From assembly GCA_036378435.1 (NCBI GenBank), contig DASUWK010000070.1, positions 2,340-66,339 on the forward strand: a stretch of DNA of 64,000 nucleotides, given 5' to 3'. The notes beneath the pieces are model-generated. The model did no database searches. It worked only from the letters and a program-made list of their open reading frames with translations, and was not told the origin of the DNA. How positions within the stretch are numbered: position 1 is the stretch's first letter; the number at the start of each line of letters is the position of its first letter. The translations under genes were made by a program, and so were the position numbers. Source of the DNA: Candidatus Dormiibacterota bacterium. GTDB lineage: Bacteria > Chloroflexota > Dormibacteria > Dormibacterales > Dormibacteraceae. Of the stretch, positions 26,525 through 33,162 are shown piece after piece.

Positions 26525-26590
26525 AGCGGGCCATTTGTCGGCAAATCACCCTGGTCGAAGCAGTTGGAGCGGGCCATTTGTCGGCAAATC
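26525..26590. repeat. Perfect 23-bp direct repeat x2 (period 43 bp), each with an AT-rich palindrome
   Basis: AGCGGGCCATTTGTCGGCAAATC occurs at 26525-26547 and again at 26568-26590. Each copy contains ATTTG-TCGG-CAAAT. A degenerate third copy GCCATTTCTCGGCAA lies at 25180-25194, upstream of tetR. Confidence 0.9.
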
Positions 26591-26616
26591 CCCCGTTTGG
26601 GGCCCGGAGGTGCCGG

Positions 26617-27024
26617 TTAGCTGGCGGACGGGAGGGCCGGGTCGGAGCGGGGTCCCCTGCTGAAGGGCTTGGGACCCGGCCAGAGCCGGTAGGCCGCGAA
26701 GAGCATGAAGAGCCCGAAGAGCCGGCTCAGCTGCTGTCCGGGCAGGTGCTGGGCGAAGAAAGCCCCCAGGGCGGCCAGCGGCGCCCCCGCAAGCGCCATC
26801 CAGAAGGCTGAACGAAGCAGGACATTGCCGTGCCTGAAGTGCGTGTACGCGCCCACGATCGAGATCGGGACGATGGCGGCCAGCGAGGTCCCCTGGGCCA
26901 GGCGCTCCGAGAAGCCGAATCCGATGACCATGATCGGGACCATCGCGGTGCCGCCGCCGATGCCCATGGAACCGCTCAGGACACCGACGAGGATCCCGCT
27001 CAGAACGGTCAGGAGGTCGCGCAA
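26617..27024 (-). CDS. Half-size TauE/SafE (DUF81) membrane transporter subunit, second of a pair
   Basis: 135 aa. The TTG start is 3 nt after the upstream stop. Motif: GILVGVLSGSMGIGGGTAMVPIMV. Confidence 0.7.
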   Translation of the reverse strand: MRDLLTVLSGILVGVLSGSMGIGGGTAMVPIMVIGFGFSERLAQGTSLAAIVPISIVGAYTHFRHGNVLLRSAFWMALAGAPLAALGAFFAQHLPGQQLSRLFGLFMLFAAYRLWPGPKPFSRGPRSDPALPSAS

Positions 27025-27027
27025 CCG

Positions 27028-27414
27028 CTACCCGCCCGGGATGATCAGCTGCTTCACGCCGACGACCAGGAACAGCAGCGCGACGGCCATCTTGAGCTCG
27101 CGCTCGGGCATCAGGTTCACCAGGCGAGCCCCCACGTAGGCGCCCACCACGGCCCCCACCGTCATCACGGCGGCGAAGCGGAGGTCGGTCTCGTGCCCGT
27201 GCTGGCCGGGCTTGAGGTAGTAGACGGCCACGCCGACGGCCGAGATCGGGATGATCGCCGCGAGCGAGGTGGCGTTGGCCTCCAGCTGCCGAGTCCGCGC
27301 CCAGATCACCTGGGCGGGGACCATGAAGAACCCGCCCCCGACGCCGAGCAGGCCGCTCAGCAGCCCGGCGGCCGCCCCGATCGCGGCGAAGACGCGGGCG
27401 GAGACCCGGGTCAG
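27028..27414 (-). CDS. Half-size TauE/SafE (DUF81) membrane transporter subunit, first of a pair (start unresolved)
   Basis: The family motif AAAGLLSGLLGVGGGFFMVPAQ lies upstream of the first ATG (27324). That frame has no ATG/GTG/TTG back to its upstream stop. The coordinate given uses CTG 27414, which overlaps the stop of the 55-aa ORF (CTGA). Confidence 0.6.
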   Translation of the reverse strand: MTRVSARVFAAIGAAAGLLSGLLGVGGGFFMVPAQVIWARTRQLEANATSLAAIIPISAVGVAVYYLKPGQHGHETDLRFAAVMTVGAVVGAYVGARLVNLMPERELKMAVALLFLVVGVKQLIIPGG

Positions 27415-27578
27415 TCTTCTGGAGCCGGAGGAGGCGGCGGCGCCGGAGATGGCTCGACCGTCACCGCGTGGTGGCGGAACTGGACGCTCTCCTCGACCGC
27501 CAGCTTGTCCTTCTTCGGCTTTTTCTTCTTCTTGTCTTCCCGGCCACCTCGACCGCCACGTCCGCTCTGCCTAGCCAT
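27411..27578 (-). CDS. Possible 55-aa Lys/Arg-rich then Pro-rich small protein, or the frameshifted N-terminus of the TauE gene
   Basis: This ORF is not in the supplied track because it is under 60 aa. It reads ATG 27578 ... TGA 27411 and translates to MARQSGRGGRGGREDKKKKKPKKDKLAVEESVQFRHHAVTVEPSPAPPPPPAPED. It fills the gap between the GNAT and TauE genes. The RBS is weak. Confidence 0.25.
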   Translation of the reverse strand: MARQSGRGGRGGREDKKKKKPKKDKLAVEESVQFRHHAVTVEPSPAPPPPPAPED

Positions 27579-27593
27579 CGCAGGCCGATTTTC

Positions 27594-28088
27594 TCATGCC
27601 GGCAGGGTCTTCTCGAACCAGAGGACGTCCCAGTAGCGCCCGAACTTCCTCCCCACCTCGGTGAAGCGCCCGACTTCCCGGAAGCCGAATTGCCGATGAA
27701 GGCGGATCGAGGCATCGTTGGGCGGCACGATCCCGGCCACGGCGCGCCGGACATCCTCGCCGGCCAGTTCGGCGAAGAGGGCCGCGTACAGCTCCTGTCC
27801 CACACCCTGTCCAGTCGCCTCCGGCCGGAGATAGACGGTGGTCTCGACCGTCGTCTCGTAAGCGGGCTTCGGCCGCCAGCGACCGCTGGTCGCGTAGCCG
27901 AGCGGCCCGGCATCACCCGCCGCGACCAGGAGCCGGTGCGGCCCGCTCTGTGCGTAGTGGCCGAACCAGTCGAGCCGCTGATCCACCTCGAACGGCTCCA
28001 GGTCGAAGGTCGCCGGTGAGGTCAGGACGTAGTGGTTGTAGATCTCGGTCAGGGCCGCCAGGTCGTCCAGCCGGCCCGGTCGGATCAA
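27594..28088 (-). CDS. GNAT N-acetyltransferase, phosphinothricin/methionine-sulfoximine acetyltransferase (PAT)-like
   Basis: Start taken at TTG 28088, overlapping the upstream stop (TTGA). Sequence: IRPGRLDDLAALTEIYNHYVLTSPATFDLEP...VYLRPEATGQGVGQELY...N.ASIRLHRQFGFREVG. Confidence 0.8.
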   Translation of the reverse strand: MIRPGRLDDLAALTEIYNHYVLTSPATFDLEPFEVDQRLDWFGHYAQSGPHRLLVAAGDAGPLGYATSGRWRPKPAYETTVETTVYLRPEATGQGVGQELYAALFAELAGEDVRRAVAGIVPPNDASIRLHRQFGFREVGRFTEVGRKFGRYWDVLWFEKTLPA

Positions 28089-29329
28089 GGCTCCAGCGCC
28101 GCCACCAGCTCGCGCAGGAACGACTCCACGTCCGTGACCAGGCCGATGGATTGCCAGGAGCCGCGATCCGAGAGCTTGGTCACCACGGCGGGATTGATGT
28201 CGACGCACACGGTCCGCGTACTGGCCGGCAGCAGGTTGCCGGTGGCGATCGAGTGCAGCATCGTCGCCAGCATCAGCGCGAGGCTCACGCCGTCGACCGC
28301 TACGCGCATACGGCGCTGCGCCTCCTCCATGTCGGTGATCACGTCGGGCAGCGGCCCGTCGTCGCGCACGCTGCCGCCGAGAACGAAGTCGACGCCGTGC
28401 TCGATGGCGGACTTCATCACGCCGGAGCGCAACTTCCCCGCGCGCACCATCGCCTCGAGCCCGCCGGCCTCACGCACGCGGTTGATCGCGCGCATGTGGT
28501 GCTCGTGGCCTGACTCGATCGGGAGGCCGCTCTCTAGGTTCACGCCCAGCGACGTCCCGAAGAGCGCCGCCTCGACGTCGTGGGCCGCCAGCGCGTTGCC
28601 GGCGAACAGGACCTGGACGTAGCCGAGCTCGATCAGGCGCGACAGGTGCACGCCGGCGCCGGTGTGGATGATGGCCGGCCCGGCCACGACGAGGATCCGC
28701 CCGCGGCGCTTGCGAACCGCCTGCATCTCCCGCGCGATCTGGTTGATCAGGAGCTTTTTGGGCTTCTCGCTGGAGACCTCGCTGGCCATGAACGTGAAGA
28801 TCTCCATCTGCCGCGAACGCTCCAGCGGCACGACGCGGACGCCCTGGTGGCCGACCACCACCTTCATGCCGGGCGACGCCTCCTGGAATGGGATGCAGCG
28901 GGCGCGGCGCTCGTTCAGGTCGACGGCGATCGCGCAGTCCATCTCCTGCCGCTCCACCGGGATCCACGCCGTGTCGACCAGCACGTACGTCGGCAGGTTG
29001 GACGTCGAGTAGAAGCCCTCGGGGAAGACGCCGGGCTTGCCGACCGCCGCCAGCTTGGCGGGTTTCTCCTCCGCCACCTTGGCGCCGAGCTCACGGCAGC
29101 GTTTGACGATCTCGTCGAGCTTGGCGGCCGACTGCGCGCTGACCTGGATCCGGCAGGTGGAGGTGTCCGTCTTGCGCTGGCCGACGCGCAATTCCTCGAT
29201 GTTGAAAGAGCCACCGAGGTCCATTACGAGGTCCATCACCTGCGGCAGGATCAGCGAGTCGATGATGTGGCCCTCGAGCACCAGCAGCGCCGTGTGCGCG
29301 CCGCGCTTACGGGACTTCGCCGGGCTCAC
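28085..29329 (-). CDS. LOR/SDH conserved-domain protein (TIGR00300 type), possibly an archaeal-type ornithine cyclodeaminase
   Basis: GTG 29329 overlaps the pyrF stop (GTGA). N-terminus LLVLEGHIIDSLILPQVMDLVMDLGGSFNIEEL. Rossmann-like region ILVVAGPAIIHTGAG. Function is inferred from the family only. Confidence 0.7.
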   Translation of the reverse strand: MSPAKSRKRGAHTALLVLEGHIIDSLILPQVMDLVMDLGGSFNIEELRVGQRKTDTSTCRIQVSAQSAAKLDEIVKRCRELGAKVAEEKPAKLAAVGKPGVFPEGFYSTSNLPTYVLVDTAWIPVERQEMDCAIAVDLNERRARCIPFQEASPGMKVVVGHQGVRVVPLERSRQMEIFTFMASEVSSEKPKKLLINQIAREMQAVRKRRGRILVVAGPAIIHTGAGVHLSRLIELGYVQVLFAGNALAAHDVEAALFGTSLGVNLESGLPIESGHEHHMRAINRVREAGGLEAMVRAGKLRSGVMKSAIEHGVDFVLGGSVRDDGPLPDVITDMEEAQRRMRVAVDGVSLALMLATMLHSIATGNLLPASTRTVCVDINPAVVTKLSDRGSWQSIGLVTDVESFLRELVAALEP

Positions 29330-30111
29330 GGTTTGGCTGCGACCAGCACCGCGTTGATGCGGTCGCGATAGTCGCGCGCGGCGCTCGCCGGGTCGTCGGC
29401 GTAGAGGACGTCGCGGCTCACGTTGACCAGACACGACGCCTCATCACCGGTCCAGGCCGCGCGCACCGATGCCTCGAGGTCACCGCCCTGTGCGCCAACA
29501 CCCGGCACCAAGAACGGAAGCGGCGAGGCCGCGCGCACCTGCTCGATCTCGGCCGGAGCGGTGGCCCCGACCACCAGGCCGACGTTGCCGCTCTCATTGA
29601 CCCGAGCCGCCAGTGCCGCCACGCTGAGATAGAGCGGACGGCCGCCGGCTTCCAGGTGCTGCAGGTCGGCCGCGCCGGGATTGGAGGTGCGGCAGACGAC
29701 GTACACGCCCCGGTCCGCGTAGGCAGTGAACTCGCGCAGGGAATCCTCGCCGTGGTACGCGTGGACCGTGCATGCGTCGGCCCCGACCGCCTCGAAAGCC
29801 GCGCGGGCGTAGGCCCGCATCGTGCTGCCGACATCGGCTCGCTTGGCGTCCAGCAGGATCGGGATGTCATCCGGTATCGCCGCCCGGAGGCTGGCGAGCG
29901 CCGCCCAGCCGGCGGCGCCGTACTGCTCCCAGAACGCGGAGTTGGGCTTGTAGCAGCAGGCGAACTCGGCGGTGCGCGCGACGACGTCCGTGCAGAAGCG
30001 CAGAGCACCCTCGGCGCCGCCGGCGATGCGCTCCGGGTCAGGGTCGAGCCCGACGCAGAGCTGCGACCCGCGAGTGCGCGCGGCGGCCCTGAGCTTGTCG
30101 AAGTAGCTCAC
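29326..30111 (-). CDS. pyrF: Orotidine 5'-phosphate decarboxylase (type 2)
   Basis: GTG 30111 overlaps the TtuA stop (GTGA). Motifs: LCVGLDPDPERI, CCYKPNSAFWEQYG, ILLDAKRADVGSTM, VPGVGAQGG. Confidence 0.9.
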   Translation of the reverse strand: MSYFDKLRAAARTRGSQLCVGLDPDPERIAGGAEGALRFCTDVVARTAEFACCYKPNSAFWEQYGAAGWAALASLRAAIPDDIPILLDAKRADVGSTMRAYARAAFEAVGADACTVHAYHGEDSLREFTAYADRGVYVVCRTSNPGAADLQHLEAGGRPLYLSVAALAARVNESGNVGLVVGATAPAEIEQVRAASPLPFLVPGVGAQGGDLEASVRAAWTGDEASCLVNVSRDVLYADDPASAARDYRDRINAVLVAAKP

Positions 30112-31028
30112 GCCGGCGTCGTCGCCCTGCGGCTGCGCGCTCGCTCGGTCAGGCGGCAGTAGGCGCAGACCTCGGCGGTGGTCGGGCTGCCGCAGCGGCT
30201 GCACTCGCGCAGCTCGACCGGCGACGACGTGACGCCGAGCGCTGACCGCCCCTGCTTGAGGAAGCCAGTCAGGAACCTCTGCTTGGCGCCGGGCTGCGCC
30301 TCCTCCAGCGCGTTCAGCGTGTCCTTGTAGAACAGCGACTTCGCGCCCTTGGCCATCGGGCACTCCTCGAGGATGTAGTCGATCCGCTCGATGATCGAGT
30401 ATGCGGCCGAGTCCCGCTCGGCCAGGCGGTAGAGCGGCTTGACCTTGCGCACCAGGCTGGGATGCGTGGACTCCAGAACCGGGCCCTGGCGGCCGAGGAA
30501 GTCGGTCTGCCAGTGCAGGACGTTGCCGAACAGCGTGGCCGCCTCGTCGTCGAGGTTGTGCCCCGTCGCGACGACGTCGTAACCCAGCTCGGCGGCCAGG
30601 CGGTTGAAGTGATACCGCTTGACCGTGCCGCAGGCAGCGCAGGGCTTGCCCTCGCGCTCCCGCTTGAGCTCTGGCACGGTGAACCCGTGCTCGCCCTCTA
30701 GGTCGATCTGGTGCAGCAGCTGGCCGTGCTTCTCGGCAAACGCTTCGCACTTGGCTTGCGAGCGCCGCGAGTAGTCGCCGATGCCGAGCCGGATATACAT
30801 GCCGTCCGCGTGGTGGCCTAGCTCGAGCAGCGCGTGCCACAGGGCCAGTGAGTCCTTGCCCCCGGACACGGCCACCAGGATGCGGTCGTCGTGGTTGAAC
30901 ATGCCGTCGTCGTCGATCGCGCGCTGGACCTGCGTCCGGAACCAGCCCGGATAGCAGCCTGCGCAGAAGGCCGAGCGATGACGCCTCACCTCGACCTGCG
31001 CCGGCTGTCGGCACTTGATACAGCGCAC
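30108..31028 (-). CDS. TtuA/NcsA-like PP-loop ATPase (tRNA 2-thiolation-type sulfurtransferase)
   Basis: GTG 31028 overlaps the stop of the carrier gene (TAGTG) and is preceded by GGAGGAG. N-terminal Zn ribbon CIKC...FCAGC, PP-loop VAVSGGKDS, GHNLDDEA, and a C-terminal CSRC...CAYC. Confidence 0.75.
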   Translation of the reverse strand: MRCIKCRQPAQVEVRRHRSAFCAGCYPGWFRTQVQRAIDDDGMFNHDDRILVAVSGGKDSLALWHALLELGHHADGMYIRLGIGDYSRRSQAKCEAFAEKHGQLLHQIDLEGEHGFTVPELKREREGKPCAACGTVKRYHFNRLAAELGYDVVATGHNLDDEAATLFGNVLHWQTDFLGRQGPVLESTHPSLVRKVKPLYRLAERDSAAYSIIERIDYILEECPMAKGAKSLFYKDTLNALEEAQPGAKQRFLTGFLKQGRSALGVTSSPVELRECSRCGSPTTAEVCAYCRLTERARSRRATTPA

Positions 31029-31282
31029 TAGGGCTCCTCCCCGCTCGTCGGGGAGGTGGCCGGCGCAGCCGGCCGGAGGGGTCGCGGGGAGGACCCTCCG
31101 GAGATCACCGGCCACACCTCCACCTCGTCGTCCGCTTTGAGGCGCACGTCGCGCGTGAGGATCTCGTCGCGACGGAGCACGAGGTGCGCGTCGGAGTGCA
31201 TGCCGAGCGCCTTCAGCAGGTCGGCCACGGTGCGGGCCTCGACCTCCCGCTCCTGGCGGTCGGGCAGGATCGTCACTTTCAC
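31028..31282 (-). CDS. ThiS/MoaD/TtuB-like sulfur-carrier protein with a 21-aa extension after the Gly-Gly
   Basis: VKVTILPDRQEREVEARTVADLLKALGMHSDAHLVLRRDEILTRDVRLKADDEVEVWPVISGG followed by SSPRPLRPAAPATSPTSGEEP. The start is GTG 31282, or GTG 31276 behind GAGG. It sits directly upstream of the TtuA-like gene. Confidence 0.65.
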   Translation of the reverse strand: MKVTILPDRQEREVEARTVADLLKALGMHSDAHLVLRRDEILTRDVRLKADDEVEVWPVISGGSSPRPLRPAAPATSPTSGEEP

Positions 31283-31333
31283 CTCGGGCCAGTCTATGCA
31301 TCGAGGCCCGCGGCTGAGGGCAGAATTCAGTTG

Positions 31334-33088
31334 ATGGAATCGCATCTCGCGCGATCGCTCCGGGTGGCGCTCGCCCAGATCAATCCGACGGTCGGCGACC
31401 TCAAGGGCAACACGACCAAGATCGTCGACTGGATCGGGCGCGCGCGCGATAGCGGCGCCGACCTGATCGCCTTCCCCGAGCTGGCGCTGACCGGCTATCC
31501 GCCCGAGGACCTGCTGCTCAAGCCGTCGTTCATCAGAGACAACCTCGCCGCCCTGCAAGAGGTGGTCGCGGCGACAGAGGGCGTCGCGGCAGTGATCGGC
31601 TTCGTCGACCTCGACGGCGACATCTTCAACGCGGCGGCGTTCGCCCACGACGGCCGCCTCCACGGCGTGTACCACAAGGTCTACCTGCCGAACTACGGCG
31701 TGTTCGACGAGGAGCGCTACTTCCAGCGCGGCCGCCGGTCGCCCATCTTCGTGCTCGACGGAGTGCGCGTCGGCCTCTCCGTGTGCGAGGACATTTGGTA
31801 TCCGACCGGCCCGGTGTCACTGCAAGCGCAGCACGGCGCCGAGCTGCTGGTGAACATCAACGGCTCGCCGTTCCATCGGGGCAAGCAGCGGTCGCGGGCG
31901 ACGATGGTCGCCACCCGCGCCATGGACTCGCGCGCCTTCGTGGCCTGGGTCAACACGGTGGGCGGGCAGGACGAGCTCGTCTTCGACGGCAACTCGGCCG
32001 TGTTCAGCCCCGAAGGCGACGTGCTCGCGCAGGCGCCCTCGTTCGCAGAGCACCTGCTGGTCGCGGACCTCGACATCGGCTCGGTGTTCGGCGAGCGGCT
32101 GCACGACACGCGGCTGCGCCAGGAGGCGCAGCACGAGGTGCGCATCGACCTCGAGGTGAGCGAGGTGATCGTCGACGAGACTCCCCACGAGCATCGCCAG
32201 GACCACCTGTCCCCCACCCTGGCGACGCCGCTCGAGGACGAGGCCGAGGTCTACGCCGCCCTGGTTCTCGGGACTCGGGACTACGTGGGCAAGAACGGGT
32301 TCCAAAAGGTGCTGCTCGGGCTCTCGGGAGGGATCGACTCGGCGCTGACCGCCGCGGTGGCCACCGACGCCCTCGGGGCGGCGAACGTCACCGGGGTGCT
32401 GATGCCCTCGCGCTACACCTCGCGAGAGAACCTTGAAGACGCGGGCCTGCTGGCCGAGGCGCTTGGGATCCAGACCACGGAGATACCGATCGAGACCGTG
32501 CACCGGGCGTTCGAAGAGACGCTCGAGCCGTCATTCCAGAGCACCCAGCCGGGGATCGCCGAGGAGAACATCCAGGCGCGCATTCGCGGCGACATCCTCA
32601 TGGCCCTCTCGAACAAGCACGGCTGGCTCCTGCTGACGACGGGCAACAAATCGGAGCTGGCGACGGGCTACTGCACGCTCTACGGCGACATGGCCGGTGG
32701 GTTCGCGATCCTGAAGGACATCCCGAAGACCCTCGTCTACGGGCTGAGCCGGTACCGCAACTCCCTGAACGGCGAGGTCATCCCCAGCCGCATCCTCACC
32801 AAGCCGCCGTCTGCAGAGCTCCGCGAAGACCAGAAGGATTCGGACAGCCTGCCCCCCTACGAGGAGCTCGACCCGATCCTGGCGGCCTATGTCGAAGACG
32901 ACCGCAGCTTCGAGGAGCTGGTCGCCGCCGGGCATGACCCCGAGACGGTCAAGCGCGTCCTGCGCCTGGTCGACACGTCGGAGTACAAGCGGCGGCAGGC
33001 GCCGCCGGGCATCAAGATCACGCCGCGAGCCTTCGGTCGCGATCGGCGGGTGCCGATCACGAACCTCTACGGCGGCGGCGTGCCCTAG
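31334..33088 (+). CDS. nadE: Glutamine-dependent NAD+ synthetase
   Basis: ATG 31334. N-terminal nitrilase/CN-hydrolase domain (LRVALAQINPTVGDL...AFPELALTGYPPEDL...CEDIW). C-terminal NAD synthetase PP-loop (LGLSGGIDSAL). Confidence 0.93.
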   Translation: MESHLARSLRVALAQINPTVGDLKGNTTKIVDWIGRARDSGADLIAFPELALTGYPPEDLLLKPSFIRDNLAALQEVVAATEGVAAVIGFVDLDGDIFNAAAFAHDGRLHGVYHKVYLPNYGVFDEERYFQRGRRSPIFVLDGVRVGLSVCEDIWYPTGPVSLQAQHGAELLVNINGSPFHRGKQRSRATMVATRAMDSRAFVAWVNTVGGQDELVFDGNSAVFSPEGDVLAQAPSFAEHLLVADLDIGSVFGERLHDTRLRQEAQHEVRIDLEVSEVIVDETPHEHRQDHLSPTLATPLEDEAEVYAALVLGTRDYVGKNGFQKVLLGLSGGIDSALTAAVATDALGAANVTGVLMPSRYTSRENLEDAGLLAEALGIQTTEIPIETVHRAFEETLEPSFQSTQPGIAEENIQARIRGDILMALSNKHGWLLLTTGNKSELATGYCTLYGDMAGGFAILKDIPKTLVYGLSRYRNSLNGEVIPSRILTKPPSAELREDQKDSDSLPPYEELDPILAAYVEDDRSFEELVAAGHDPETVKRVLRLVDTSEYKRRQAPPGIKITPRAFGRDRRVPITNLYGGGVP

Positions 33089-33162
33089 CCCCTGCCGCAT
33101 CAGCCGGCAGCTCGGCGTCTTGAAGGAGCAGCAGCTGCCCTCGGGTTCAAAATAGCTCCCTA

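Noticed and set aside
31283-31345. A longer ATG 31345 start for the ThiS-like gene (MRFHQLNSALSRGPRCIDWPE...).
   Set aside because: It would overlap the divergent nadE start (ATG 31334) and add 21 residues that are not beta-grasp-like. GTG 31282/31276 behind GAGG gives the standard carrier length.
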